Origin: Porticoccaceae bacterium
Lineage (GTDB): Bacteria; Pseudomonadota; Gammaproteobacteria; Pseudomonadales; Porticoccaceae
DNA: 64,000 bases
NCBI GenBank assembly: GCA_018069525.1
Contig: JAGPUQ010000024.1
Location: 13,748-77,747, forward strand
Direction of reading: 5' to 3'
In this document: one piece after another, positions 1 to 9,692 of the stretch
Numbering within the stretch: the stretch's first letter is position 1
How the letters are laid out: every line of letters starts with the position of its first letter
Notes under the pieces: generated by a model
The model's input: the letters and a program-made list of their open reading frames with translations, nothing else
Databases searched by the model: none
Told to the model about the DNA's origin: nothing
Program-made: the position numbers and the translations under genes

Positions 1-640
1 TTTCAGTTCCTGGAGTGGTGGCCTTGGCGAGATCAACCGGGTTTTGCATTTGGCTGATGCCGCCGCCGATGATATTGCTTTCGCCCCAGGAAATAACCTG
101 TTTGCCGGCGCGGATACTCAGAGGGTGGTCGCCAAAGTGCCAGGTATTAAATACAAATAGATCGAGTAATCGAAATTTGTTACCGGCAAGATGCTGAGCG
201 TCGTCATCAATGCCGTTGGCTAGCGTTCGCGGTGTTGGGCGAGAGCAGTTACTGCAATCTCTGTTGACGATGGTGTTATCGTAAACGTAGGATGCGCGCG
301 CAAAAAATCCCATGTCGCCTTTACTACCGCTGATATCCGTAATCAGGGATAACGGCGTGCTGTAAATATCGCCGCCGTCTGGGAATACCGTTCGATTACC
401 CGAGGCGGAACCATTTTGGGCGCTTTGCAGCCGCATCGCAGCGCTGGCGGAAAATGTGGAGTCAATAAAAAAATGGATATCCCTGTCGTCAAAGCGTATC
501 TGTAATGCGTGGGCTTGTGGTACCGGTAGTAACAAGGTGCTCAGAACAGTAAGAAAAAGTAGAAAAAACTGCCAATTGATCGCGTGGATTTTATTGATCC
601 CCCGCTGATGTGCAAGGTTTAAGTCACTGACGTTAGACAA
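1..640 (-). CDS. DUF1302-like outer-membrane protein, N-terminal portion (3' end lies beyond window start)
   Basis: Absent from the ORF track because there is no stop in the window. My translation of the minus strand from TTG at 640 gives LSNVSDLNLAHQRGINKIHAINWQFFLLFLTVLSTLLLPVPQAHA (signal peptide). It continues LQIRFDDRDIHFFIDSTFSASAAMRLQ...RAGKQVISWGESNIIGGGISQMQNPVDL and stays open to position 1. It lies 45 nt downstream of a DUF1329 gene, its usual partner. Confidence 0.6.
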   Translation of the reverse strand, partial: MSNVSDLNLAHQRGINKIHAINWQFFLLFLTVLSTLLLPVPQAHALQIRFDDRDIHFFIDSTFSASAAMRLQSAQNGSASGNRTVFPDGGDIYSTPLSLITDISGSKGDMGFFARASYVYDNTIVNRDCSNCSRPTPRTLANGIDDDAQHLAGNKFRLLDLFVFNTWHFGDHPLSIRAGKQVISWGESNIIGGGISQMQNPVDLAKATTPGTE

Positions 641-685
641 GCTGAACCCCTAAATGTGTTTTTCTATTCATCCTTTACTCTGCAA

Positions 686-2068
686 TTAGCGCTTGGCCTT
701 CATTTTTAATCTGCCGGGCATAAAGTAGCTGTCGTTTCGATTAAAAGAAAAATCATAGGGCGGATAGGCATTATCGATATGAGTAAGAAAATATCGATCC
801 GAATCTAGTTTGTAAAAAGTGTTTAAGGTCGCAAGAAACACCGGTACTTCGTAATAGTTAATGTTGTGGGCTTCGCTGAATCGACTGACGTGGCCACCAT
901 CATCGTAGTGTTCCGCCAACAGTATTTTCCAGGAATCTTCGTCGACATAGTAACGACGTTGTCGGTAATGATGTGCCACTCCCTCTTTTCTGACAGCCTC
1001 GACCACCCAGACGCGGTGCAATTCGTAGCGCGCCAGATCTTGATTGATGTGGCGAGGTTTGACTATGGTGTCGGTATTTTGAGCGTCACTGTGCAATTGA
1101 TAGGCATTATAGGGCACGTATAATTCCTGTTTGCCCAGCAATGTCCAGTTGAAGTTGGTAATCGGGCCGCGGAACATACTCCCCTGATCGTATAAGTTAA
1201 TGCCCTCCGAGCGACCGCTGGGTTGGTCTGCAGGTGTCATTGTGGAACGCTTTACTCGGCGCTTGCCCGGGTTATAACTCCAATTTCGCCGCTCCTGTGT
1301 CTTACTATTGATATAGCGGTAGTATAAAAATATGGTGCCCGCGTCTTTCGCCGGGCGCAGTGTGTGCAATAGCCCGCGAAGTTTGACGTTATTCAGGTTT
1401 TCTAGCGTGGTGTTGTCATCACCGTATGGGTATTTAATTTCCTGTAGCCACACGCTGTGTTGGTAGGAGCCATCGCTGGCGGTCAGGATATTACCAAGGT
1501 AACCACGGTAACCGCCGGTTTTGTAGCTGAGTCGCGCATTCCAAATGACTTGCTCGCCGTTCTCCGGGTGGGGGAAGGGGACGCCGCGCACGATACCTTC
1601 CACCCCGGCGCCGGTATCGACGATACGGGCTTGCCCGCTATATTTAATGGTGGCGTCGAGTACGGATTGTGGGTGAGAGGCGCTACGTTGAGTGGGGTAA
1701 ATATTCAGACGGTAGCTGTCGGGGTATTTTTCCAGCAGAGCCAGATGTCCGGTCGAGAGCCGGTGCTTAAATTGTGCGGCGTTACTTTGGTCAATAGTGA
1801 ATAGAATTTCATCGTTTTTGTAAGGATCGGGGTGGCGATCCCCGGGTTGGTAGGCCGTAGGTGGGATGCGGATACCGCCTTTCCAGGGCGGAATGCTGCC
1901 TTCGGTATTTCCGGCCCGTTCTGCGCCTACCGTAGTCAGGCTGGGGTCGTGATTAGCCAGAGCGAGAGTTGCAAATAGAACTAAGACCAAGGCTATCATC
2001 GAGCTGATAGCGGCGTTGCCGACAAGTTCCGAGCTGGTGGTGAGTGGTGCTCTCAAGGTGATAATCAT
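686..2068 (-). CDS. DUF1329-family periplasmic/outer-membrane protein
   Basis: The ORF 686..2137 has a hydrophobic signal segment (MIALVLVLFATLALA) followed by GNTEGSIPPWKGG, which I recognise as the DUF1329 N-terminal signature. I trimmed the start to Met-24 (2068); the start is uncertain. Confidence 0.65.
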   Translation of the reverse strand: MIITLRAPLTTSSELVGNAAISSMIALVLVLFATLALANHDPSLTTVGAERAGNTEGSIPPWKGGIRIPPTAYQPGDRHPDPYKNDEILFTIDQSNAAQFKHRLSTGHLALLEKYPDSYRLNIYPTQRSASHPQSVLDATIKYSGQARIVDTGAGVEGIVRGVPFPHPENGEQVIWNARLSYKTGGYRGYLGNILTASDGSYQHSVWLQEIKYPYGDDNTTLENLNNVKLRGLLHTLRPAKDAGTIFLYYRYINSKTQERRNWSYNPGKRRVKRSTMTPADQPSGRSEGINLYDQGSMFRGPITNFNWTLLGKQELYVPYNAYQLHSDAQNTDTIVKPRHINQDLARYELHRVWVVEAVRKEGVAHHYRQRRYYVDEDSWKILLAEHYDDGGHVSRFSEAHNINYYEVPVFLATLNTFYKLDSDRYFLTHIDNAYPPYDFSFNRNDSYFMPGRLKMKAKR

Positions 2069-2177
2069 GAATGTTTTTACTAATCTCGAAAAAGGTAACA
2101 GCTTGTCATTATTTGCGATTATGCAGCGTTTTGGCAAGTGTTACGACAGGCAGCTTACGGCTATCAGGTAAGGGTTA

Positions 2178-3071
2178 TCATTTTTTGTTGGTATAACTCT
2201 CCTCGCGAGCCATATCTACAAGAGCAAATAAATCAGGTTCTTCGCGACCACTGGTCGTCGCTTGATCTAAATAACTGTTCAGCACTTCGGCTAGCGGCAA
2301 CTTAATTCCCACATCTTGCGCGCTTTGTAGCACCGCTTTAATGTCTTTGTGACCCAGCTTTAAAGTACCCTGGCCTTGATCGAAGGAGTCGCGATTGGCC
2401 AGGGGAATCATAAAGTCGATGACGTGCCGAGGTGCAACGCAATCGGTTAATACCCTGAGTACAGTTTCGGCGTTGAGGTCATTGCGCTCCGCAAAGGCGA
2501 TGGCCTCGGCGAGTCCGGTAAGGGTCGCAACGAAAGTGAGTTGATGGCACAGCTTTAGCAGTTGGCCGTTGCCACTTTTGCCCAGGTAGTGAAGTTTGTT
2601 ACTGAAACTTGCTAGTACTGGACGTGCGCGGGCAAACGCGTTTTCGTTACCGCCCACCATCATGCTTAGTTCGCCGAGTTCAGCCCAGGGCGTAGAGCCG
2701 CTCACCGGCGCATCGAGAAAATACTTGCCCTGTTGTTTCGCTCGCGCCGCCAGCTCTCGGCATTGAGCGCTGGGCGTGGTGCCCAAATCTACAATAATGC
2801 CGCCAGTACGCATGCTGGCGAGCAAGCCGTCCGGCGCGCAGATAACGGCTTCGGTTAAATCGGCGTTGGATACGCTGATCAACACCAGGTCTTTGTCTGC
2901 GCCCAATTCGCCGATGTTTTGAGCACTGGACGCGCCTTTGGCCTGCGCTTGCTGGAGGACGGTTTTATCGCGATCGTAAACTTGCAAAGCGAAGCCCGCC
3001 GCAAGAATTCGGTTTACCATCGCCTGGCCCATAGCGCCCAGGCCGATGAAGCCCAGTTTAAGATCACTCAT
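2178..3071 (-). CDS. NAD(P)-dependent beta-hydroxyacid dehydrogenase (3-hydroxyisobutyrate dehydrogenase family)
   Basis: 297 aa with an N-terminal Rossmann motif (LGFIGLGAMGQAM). Length and overall pattern are typical of the HIBADH/6-PGDH-like family. Confidence 0.8.
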   Translation of the reverse strand: MSDLKLGFIGLGAMGQAMVNRILAAGFALQVYDRDKTVLQQAQAKGASSAQNIGELGADKDLVLISVSNADLTEAVICAPDGLLASMRTGGIIVDLGTTPSAQCRELAARAKQQGKYFLDAPVSGSTPWAELGELSMMVGGNENAFARARPVLASFSNKLHYLGKSGNGQLLKLCHQLTFVATLTGLAEAIAFAERNDLNAETVLRVLTDCVAPRHVIDFMIPLANRDSFDQGQGTLKLGHKDIKAVLQSAQDVGIKLPLAEVLNSYLDQATTSGREEPDLFALVDMAREESYTNKK

Positions 3072-3120
3072 GAAGGTAGCAACCCACGTTGATAGTTGGC
3101 CATTGGTTTGGCGATCTGCT

Positions 3121-3132
3121 CACTATATAGTG
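3121..3132. promoter_or_regulatory. Perfect 12-bp palindrome CACTATATAGTG in a divergent promoter region
   Basis: Read directly. It lies 50 nt upstream of the minus-strand dehydrogenase start. A second palindrome GTCCAC-A-GTGGAC is at 3211-3223, and a direct repeat TAAGACGTA is at 3260-3268 and 3274-3282. Confidence 0.25.
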
Positions 3133-3333
3133 TATTTTCGCCATGCTATTTTTCATTTGCACTAGAATTTTTATTCATAGTACAATCTTTTATCCTTAGT
3201 GCAACGTGTTGTCCACAGTGGACTTTGACCAAATGGGGCAGAGCGTTAAGACCGATTAATAAGACGTACTGACTAAGACGTAAACATAAGGTAGACAATT
3301 AAAACTGATAATTAAAACAGGGGCTTAGCATCT

Positions 3334-4596
3334 ATGAAAGTATTGGCATTTGAGCAACTCAGTTACCGGCATTTACCCGACGACTTTACCCAAAAATACA
3401 ACTCGGTGGTTGATACTCCCTACCACGAACTGGTGGATAGGGATTTGATGCATCAGGACCACGTCGATTTTCTCGACGAGATGCTCTACGCCGCGCGCAT
3501 GGGCTTCGATGGCATCGCTACTACCGAACACAGCCAGGCTTCTTACGATGTGCTGCCCAACCCCAACCTGCAAATGTCGGCACTCGCTTACGCAACAGAG
3601 CAGGAAAAACTGGATGTGGCATTAGCCGTGCTCGGCCGCTCTCTGGGTAAGTCTCGTGAACCGATACGCATTGCCGAAGAGTATGCAGCTATTGACCAAA
3701 TTAGTGGTGGTCGTCTGGTGGCCGGCTTTCCGGTTGCCTTGAGCTACGACGCTTCACAAAATGCTGGGCATCCCCCTATCGAAACCCGGGAGCGCTACGA
3801 GGACAATCGTCGTCTGATCGAGCGAGCCTGGGCTGCCAAAGAGCCCTTTGCCTGGAATAGCAAATACAACCGTTACCCCAATGTGAATCCCTGGCCGCGG
3901 CCCTATCAGGAAAAGCCTCCTATCTGGTCGCCGTCCATTGGTACGCCGAGCAGTCTGGCCCGAATCCTCAATGATGATGACGTATTCCTCTATCTGAGCT
4001 GGTTCGGCCCCAAGTACACCGGCCCACGTATTTTTGATCGCTACTGGGATCTGGCTACTGAAATGGGTAAAGAAGCAAATCCTTATCGTCTGGCCTTTGT
4101 ACAGGGCGTTGTGGTGGGCGAAACCGACGAAATCGCCCACAAAGAATATGGGCCGCATGTCGAGCGGGGCTATCAACAGGGTCTGGGTTCGGTGCCTTTG
4201 TCCGGGCTTGGGTTGCCGGGTTACGTGGATATTAATGGCGTCGAAGCTATGGTGAAAGATCCAGGCGATTTCGGCATTGTTCCTAAAATGAAAACTATTA
4301 AATACTCGGAATTGGTTGATGCTCAGTGCGTCATCGCGGGCAGCCCCGCCACAGTTACCGAGCAGCTGGTAGAAATGATACGCCGCTTCCGCATTGGTAA
4401 TTTAATCTTGATGGTGCAGATGGGCTCTATGCCCAAAGAGCTGGTGAAGAAAAATATTACGTTGCTTTCCGAACAGGTACTGCCGACCTTGCGCAAAGAA
4501 TGGCAGGACGATAACTGGGAACATCGTTGGTGGCCCACGGGTGCGAATAAGTCCGCAAACAAATCCGCAAATAAAAAGCCTAGGGCGGGAGAATAA
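3334..4596 (+). CDS. LLM-class (luciferase-like) flavin-dependent monooxygenase/oxidoreductase
   Basis: 420 aa. The pattern GFDGIATTEHS...ISGGRLVAGFPV is typical of the luciferase-like monooxygenase fold. The C-terminus carries a repeat-derived tail (ANKSANKSANKK). Confidence 0.75.
   Translation: MKVLAFEQLSYRHLPDDFTQKYNSVVDTPYHELVDRDLMHQDHVDFLDEMLYAARMGFDGIATTEHSQASYDVLPNPNLQMSALAYATEQEKLDVALAVLGRSLGKSREPIRIAEEYAAIDQISGGRLVAGFPVALSYDASQNAGHPPIETRERYEDNRRLIERAWAAKEPFAWNSKYNRYPNVNPWPRPYQEKPPIWSPSIGTPSSLARILNDDDVFLYLSWFGPKYTGPRIFDRYWDLATEMGKEANPYRLAFVQGVVVGETDEIAHKEYGPHVERGYQQGLGSVPLSGLGLPGYVDINGVEAMVKDPGDFGIVPKMKTIKYSELVDAQCVIAGSPATVTEQLVEMIRRFRIGNLILMVQMGSMPKELVKKNITLLSEQVLPTLRKEWQDDNWEHRWWPTGANKSANKSANKKPRAGE
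4543..4578 (+). repeat. 12-bp x3 tandem repeat inside the 3' end of the LLM gene
   Basis: gcgaataagtcc / gcaaacaaatcc / gcaaataaaaag, read directly. It encodes ANKS ANKS ANKK. Confidence 0.8.
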
Positions 4597-4598
4597 AA

Positions 4599-5417
4599 AT
4601 GAGCGCAATAAATATTAAAGGCCCGGAACGCACCGAAATTCTCGACGTACACAATGGGCGTATTAAATTACAGGTAAAAATTGCCGGTTCTGGCCCCGCT
4701 CTGGTGTATTTTCATCCTGCGGCAGGTTTGTACTGGGATGAATTTCTCGATCAGTTGGCCGAAACCCACACTGTTTATGCGCCGGAATTACCCGGCACCT
4801 CCGCAGGTGATCCCTACGCGATTAAACAAGTGGATAATTTTGCAGACTTGCTGTTGATCTATGAAGAAGCACTCAACATGCTGGGCCTGAAGCAAGCTAT
4901 TGCTGTGGGGCAGTCTCTCGGCGGTATGATCGCGGTGGATCTTGCGGCGCATTTCCGCGACCTTTTCAGCCGCATGGTGCTGCTGGCTCCCGGTGGCTTG
5001 TGGCGCGAAGACCTGCCCTACAAGTTACTTGAGTTGTACGCCGCACCACCGGAAGAAATTCCTGGCTATTTGTTTCACGACTTCAGTATTCCCCGCGCCC
5101 AGGCCATGTTGGCGCTGCCGGAAAACCCGGAGCTGATTCCCAAGCACATCGCGGCCAGCGTTTGGGCCCTGGGTTGTTCGGGTAAGTTTCTCTGGCCCTT
5201 TGCCGAGCAGGGTTTGGCTAAACGAATCCATCGTATTACTACGCCCACTTTAGTGGTGTGGGGGAAAAATGACGTACTGGTACCGGTAGGATACGCTGAG
5301 TTATTTAAACAGGGTATTAAAGATTGCCAGCTTAAAGTATTCGATAACTGCGGACATATTCCTCAAATTGAGAAATTTGAGGAAACTACCAAACTGGTTA
5401 AGAAGTTTATTGTCTAG
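4599..5417 (+). CDS. alpha/beta-fold hydrolase
   Basis: 272 aa with the nucleophile elbow GQSLGG and a C-terminal catalytic His context (NCGHIPQIE). It starts 2 nt after the upstream stop, so it is probably co-transcribed with the LLM gene. Confidence 0.8.
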   Translation: MSAINIKGPERTEILDVHNGRIKLQVKIAGSGPALVYFHPAAGLYWDEFLDQLAETHTVYAPELPGTSAGDPYAIKQVDNFADLLLIYEEALNMLGLKQAIAVGQSLGGMIAVDLAAHFRDLFSRMVLLAPGGLWREDLPYKLLELYAAPPEEIPGYLFHDFSIPRAQAMLALPENPELIPKHIAASVWALGCSGKFLWPFAEQGLAKRIHRITTPTLVVWGKNDVLVPVGYAELFKQGIKDCQLKVFDNCGHIPQIEKFEETTKLVKKFIV

Positions 5418-5533
5418 TTGGTTTTACAGTGAAACCGACGATCAAAAATCATGGCCAGGCAATTATACAGCCGCGTTTTTGGAGGCGTCAACAGCCTGCG
5501 TTTGGGTGATTAAATTCAAAGAGTAAACGCTTA

Positions 5534-5989
5534 ATGAGCGCTGGTTCCTTAATAAAACTGAGCTGCAATTTTTTTCTACCCCAGTCGGATAGCGATGGTT
5601 TTATTTACAGCGGCCTGGAGAAGGGTTTTAAGGTCTTTGTTTTTAGTATTAAGTGTTCAGAGTGCAACCATATTTCTAATATTGCCAGACTTGACCGCAA
5701 AGGCGCTTATTTAAATTTGATTGCCGACCAACGATTTTTTCTTCTGTTAATGACAAATTTAAAAGTTGAAAGAAATTTGGCTGGCGGCGAAGTACTAAAA
5801 ACCTCACAAGGCTTACGCCCTAAAATCTATTCCTTGATTTGCGAACGATGCGAGGAAAGCTATTCGATCGTCTATGCAGTCGATGAGAATGGAGCAAGCG
5901 GATATCAAATCGAATTGCTGGGTGTGTTTAAAGAAGCGTTATTAATTGGAGGCCCGGAAAGAAAAATTCCGAAACGAGTTGAATTCTGA
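5534..5989 (+). CDS. hypothetical protein with two CxxC pairs (zinc-ribbon-like)
   Basis: 151-aa ORF, visibly AT-richer than its neighbours. CSEC and CERC pairs are about 70 aa apart. I recognise no family. Confidence 0.4.
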   Translation: MSAGSLIKLSCNFFLPQSDSDGFIYSGLEKGFKVFVFSIKCSECNHISNIARLDRKGAYLNLIADQRFFLLLMTNLKVERNLAGGEVLKTSQGLRPKIYSLICERCEESYSIVYAVDENGASGYQIELLGVFKEALLIGGPERKIPKRVEF

Positions 5990-5992
5990 AGT

Positions 5993-6022
5993 TGGCGCAT
6001 CGGCCAATTTCACTACTTGAGC
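5993..6022 (-). pseudogene. Degenerate stub of the 5' part of a tRNA-Leu gene
   Basis: ccaatttcactacttgagcc aligns with ccaatttcaccacctgggcc, the 5' acceptor/D-arm end of the intact tRNA-Leu at 11101-11120. The remainder of the tRNA is missing. Confidence 0.6.
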
Positions 6023-6211
6023 CTACACGGAAATCCTATTCGTACTGGAGCGGCACTTTACTGGCGGTTTTAAAGGTTCTCAATCTACGATGCTGGAAGG
6101 GTATGATAGTCGTAGAGTTGATGGTGCCTTATAAGGATTGACTAGCTGTATGCGCAAACAAAACCTCAGGCGGGACCTCCGCGCCGATAAGGAGGCAGCC
6201 CGGTACGAGCA
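5993..6211. repeat. Left copy of a ~215-bp degenerate direct repeat (tRNA-Leu stub + intergenic + first ~21 rnr codons)
   Basis: Hand alignment to 11091-11309 is ungapped with a constant offset of 5098 nt. I counted about 40 mismatches in about 209 aligned positions (about 80% identity). Confidence 0.8.
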
Positions 6212-6311
6212 GGTCGACGCGGTGGTTAATAAGACCGTGGCCTATACAGGTGTGTCCGAAATGCTGTATTTGAGCAGTGTGTCTGGAATAATAAATAAGG
6301 TATGCCTGTGA
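6150..6311 (+). pseudogene. Remnant of an rnr 5' end (first ~21 codons homologous, then unrelated, 53 codons)
   Basis: Translation MRKQNLRRDLRADKEAARYEQV... compares with authentic RNase R MRKKHLKRDPHADREAARYEQP.... Similarity stops abruptly after codon 21. Confidence 0.65.
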
Positions 6312-7153
6312 ATCAGGAAATTAATGGGGCGCAAGCCCCTGATAGTGCCGCTGGCGCCATAGCTATGGAGGGTAGTGTGGATCTTGCGAACAAAAAAAAT
6401 AGATCTGGGCCAGATAGACCGCTCGTCACCATTATTACCTCAACCTATAATGCTGCGGAGCATTTACCGAGTGCGATCAAATCTATTCGAAATCAGTCGT
6501 ATAGCAATGTCGAGTGGATTGTTGTTGACGGTGCATCCAAAGACGGCACGCTCGATATCCTTCGTCAAAACCAGGATGTGGTCGATCATTGGGTCAGTGA
6601 GCCCGACGCCGGTATTTACGATGCCTGGAACAAGGGGCTTAGGCTAGCACATGGCGAATGGGTATGGTTTCTTGGAGCGGACGACGAGATGGTCACTGAT
6701 GCTATCGAAGTCATGATGGAAGTGGTTAGGAACTCACCCATTCCGCTCGATTTTGTTTGTGGGAAGGTCGAGTTATATCGTGGCCCTTCCCGAATTAGGG
6801 CTATAGGTAAGCCGTGGTCCTGGCGTAGATTCAAAAAATATATGTGTGTCGCTCACACGGGTGCGATGCATCGAGCCTCATATTTTGATCGCTACGGAGA
6901 GTTTGATGATTCGTTTAGAATATCTGGTGACTATGAAATATTACTCAGGGCCGGCGCTGAGCTAAAGGCTGGTTTTACGCAAAACGTATTAGCGCGGATG
7001 CAAGTCGGCGGTGAAAGCAACCGGAACCCAATAGTTTTTCAGGAGGCGCTACGAGCCAGGCTTAAACACGCTGTGACATCACCATGGGGCGGTCGCGTCG
7101 ATGCTTTGTGGGCGGAATGTAAATGGAATATCCGACGTTTCTTTGGACTTTAG
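6302..7153 (+). CDS. family-2 glycosyltransferase
   Basis: VTIITSTYNAAEHLPSAIKSIRNQSYSNVEWIVVDGASKDGT plus GADDE (DxD-like) match the classic GT2 N-terminal pattern. The start could instead be Met-22 (6365). Confidence 0.8.
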   Translation: MPVNQEINGAQAPDSAAGAIAMEGSVDLANKKNRSGPDRPLVTIITSTYNAAEHLPSAIKSIRNQSYSNVEWIVVDGASKDGTLDILRQNQDVVDHWVSEPDAGIYDAWNKGLRLAHGEWVWFLGADDEMVTDAIEVMMEVVRNSPIPLDFVCGKVELYRGPSRIRAIGKPWSWRRFKKYMCVAHTGAMHRASYFDRYGEFDDSFRISGDYEILLRAGAELKAGFTQNVLARMQVGGESNRNPIVFQEALRARLKHAVTSPWGGRVDALWAECKWNIRRFFGL

Positions 7154-7166
7154 ATACGGAAATTTC

Positions 7167-8285
7167 ATGCCTAAACGATTAGTTGTGTCCGCAGTTAATT
7201 TGGTCGAAGGTGGGACGCTTACAGTGTTGCGCGATTGCCTTGCAGCGGCGGTCGAAACGCTCCCCCCTGAGTGGGAAATTATTGCCGTGGTACATGATCG
7301 TAAGCTGTTTTCTGCTGAACGAGTGCGGTTTATCGATTTTCCTGATGTTAAGCGATCATGGTTGCGACGCTTGTACCATGAGTTTTTTCAACTTGGAAAA
7401 CTTTCCCGAGAACTTAAACCCGATGTATGGTTTTCCCTTCACGACATGTCACCTCGGGTTCAGGCACCACGGCAAGTGGTTTACTGCCACAACCCCTCGC
7501 CGTTCTATCGACCGCGGCTACGCGAGGCTTTGTGGGAACCGAAGTTTTTTCTATTTACACTTTTTTATCGTTATCTGTATCGCATCAATATTCACGCGAA
7601 CACTTTAGTTGTGGTACAGCAAGACTGGATTCGTAGAGAGTTTCAGCGCATGTATGGCGTGGATCATGTGGCCGTGGCCCACCCGGTTATCAATGAATCT
7701 CCAAGACAAAATACGCGCGCACTTTCTGAGCGGCCGGACGTGTTTTTTTATCCATCCTTGCCGAGAGTATTCAAGAATTTCGAAGTGCTGTGCGAGGCTG
7801 CGCAGATTCTCTATCGACGGCTGGGGGATGTGTTTGAAGTGCGTTTAACTCTCTCCGGGAACGAATCGCGTTATGCAGCCTATCTCCACCGGCGTTACTC
7901 CACCTCGCCAGTTATTCGTTTCATTGGGCTACAAAATAAGGAACAAATGATACAGCAATACCAGGAGGCTTCTACAGTTGTGTTTCCGTCTCGACTTGAG
8001 ACCTGGGGCTTGCCAATTTCGGAAGCCAAACATTGGGGTAAAACACTTCTGGTTGCCGATTTACCGTATGCACACGAAACGGTAGGAGATTATGGCAAGG
8101 TGATTTTTTTTGACTCTCTTGACCCCAACCAATTGGCTGATTTTATGGAGGCCCAGCTTGAAAATGAGCTGCAGGTTGGTGTGCACACACAGTCCGACAT
8201 TGCCCAGCCGTTCGCGGCGAATTGGGATGAGCTTATTCGCCTTGTAATTGGCGAGCCTGTCAGCCCAGTAGCCGAACGACCGTGA
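7167..8285 (+). CDS. family-1/4 (GT-B) glycosyltransferase
   Basis: EX7E-type motif FPSRLETWGLPISEAKHWGKTLLV. I trimmed the start from 7101 to ATG 7167 (MPKRLVVSAVNLVEGG), 14 nt after the upstream stop. Confidence 0.75.
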   Translation: MPKRLVVSAVNLVEGGTLTVLRDCLAAAVETLPPEWEIIAVVHDRKLFSAERVRFIDFPDVKRSWLRRLYHEFFQLGKLSRELKPDVWFSLHDMSPRVQAPRQVVYCHNPSPFYRPRLREALWEPKFFLFTLFYRYLYRINIHANTLVVVQQDWIRREFQRMYGVDHVAVAHPVINESPRQNTRALSERPDVFFYPSLPRVFKNFEVLCEAAQILYRRLGDVFEVRLTLSGNESRYAAYLHRRYSTSPVIRFIGLQNKEQMIQQYQEASTVVFPSRLETWGLPISEAKHWGKTLLVADLPYAHETVGDYGKVIFFDSLDPNQLADFMEAQLENELQVGVHTQSDIAQPFAANWDELIRLVIGEPVSPVAERP

Positions 8286-9031
8286 TTTCCATATCAATTG
8301 TCAGTCATGGCCAAGCTAAATTGATTGCAAGGGTGATGGCTGACCTGGCGGCAATTGCGGGCTCGTTAAACTTTGAACTCATTTTAACTAAAAATATTCC
8401 AGAGCAGTGGACCTTCTTGATGGAGGAGCTACCCTATCCTGTAAAAATTATCGAGAACGCAACTCCCAGGGGTTTCGGTGCAAACCATAATGCTGCGTTT
8501 CAGCTGGCGGGAGGTAAGTGGTTTTGCGTGCTGAACCCCGATATTCGTATGCCGACGAACCCGTTTCCACTTTTACTCGAGGCGCTAACAGGACCATCTG
8601 CATGCGTAGTGGCACCAGCGATCCTTGCGCCGACCGGACAGATTGAAGACAGCGTACGACGATTCCCCACTCCGCTTTCACTATTTATGAAAACCTGGGG
8701 GAAGGGAGACGGTCGATATTTGTTTTCGGTGAATGATGCGCCGTTTTCAGTCGATTGGGTGGGGGGAATGTTTATGTTGTTCGGCGCCGAAAATTACAGG
8801 CGTGTGGGTGGTTTTGACGAGGGGTTTTTCCTCTATTATGAAGATGTGGATATTTGCGTACGTTTACAAAAGTTCGGTGGTCGAGTGATAGCTTGTCCGC
8901 AAGCTCAAGTCATTCACGATGCGCGTCGCTCTAGCCGGAGCGATTTTAGGTACTTGCGTTGGCATATTGCCAGCCTGGTGCGCTATCTTGTCAAACATTG
9001 GTTGCGGTTGCCGAAAACAGATAAGTTGTGA
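8282..9031 (+). CDS. family-2 glycosyltransferase (rhamnosyltransferase-like)
   Basis: SIVSHGQ...NPD...GGFDEGFFLYYEDVDICVRL is typical of the GT2 WbbL-like group. The GTG start overlaps the upstream stop (GTGA). Confidence 0.7.
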   Translation: MISISIVSHGQAKLIARVMADLAAIAGSLNFELILTKNIPEQWTFLMEELPYPVKIIENATPRGFGANHNAAFQLAGGKWFCVLNPDIRMPTNPFPLLLEALTGPSACVVAPAILAPTGQIEDSVRRFPTPLSLFMKTWGKGDGRYLFSVNDAPFSVDWVGGMFMLFGAENYRRVGGFDEGFFLYYEDVDICVRLQKFGGRVIACPQAQVIHDARRSSRSDFRYLRWHIASLVRYLVKHWLRLPKTDKL

Positions 9032-9090
9032 CGTTGGTTCAGCCAGAGTAACTTGGCGGTTTTGAAATAAATAGGAGTGCTTGTAGCCGG

Positions 9091-9615
9091 ATGAAAAATA
9101 ATAAGACTGAAGGAAATAACGGAGTCACTTTTGAGTTTGTTTGGGAAAATATTGGTCCTGAATTGATTGAGAAGGTGATAAGTTTCTGGGTCTCCGAAAA
9201 CGCATTTCAGGGTGATAGAGCAATAATGGAATCCCGAGCTCGGCAGTTAATTGTTGTGGCCAGAGATGCAGATAAAAATATAATAGCGGTGAATACGGCG
9301 GAGCGAATGAAGATTCCCTTATTGCTGAATAACTGGTTTTATTTTTATCGTGTTTTCGTTTCGCCTGCCTATCGAAAAAAAGGAGTGATGATGGCTGTTT
9401 CTCATAGAGCTAGAGAGTATTTACATCAACGTTTTATAAGTGGCGAGGATACGGTAGCAAAAGGTTTCTATACTGCAGCAGAAAATTCTATCTTGCAAAA
9501 AGTGCAGACTCAGGCCGTCATGGTTATTGGCGGTATCGATCACCCATTTATCGGCGTAGATAAAAAAGGGCGTCATCTGCGTGTCGGCTGGTTTGATGGG
9601 GCTACAATAGACTGA
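9091..9615 (+). CDS. hypothetical protein, GNAT-like fold suspected (tandem paralogue 1)
   Basis: 174 aa. YFYRVFVSPAYRKKGVMMAVSHRAREYL resembles GNAT motif A. It is about 45% identical by eye to the next ORF. Confidence 0.45.
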   Translation: MKNNKTEGNNGVTFEFVWENIGPELIEKVISFWVSENAFQGDRAIMESRARQLIVVARDADKNIIAVNTAERMKIPLLLNNWFYFYRVFVSPAYRKKGVMMAVSHRAREYLHQRFISGEDTVAKGFYTAAENSILQKVQTQAVMVIGGIDHPFIGVDKKGRHLRVGWFDGATID

Positions 9616-9692
9616 TTGTATAAACTCGCGGGTAATGAAAAATTTTACAAATAATGTATGTCCGGCGCTTGGTTTTAAAGGGGAGGTAAAAA

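Noticed and set aside
7101-7166. Upstream extensions of track ORFs (7101 for the GT4 gene, 35610 for ccmA, 36373 for ccmB, 26636 for tusA, 19984 for the RDHSWG paralogue, 24634 and 25795 for ADH/lactonase, 22133 for the LvaB-like ORF)
   Set aside because: The longest-ORF starts overlap upstream genes or a terminator, or they add non-homologous N-termini. Downstream in-frame starts with better RBS or overlap geometry were preferred, but exact starts remain uncertain.
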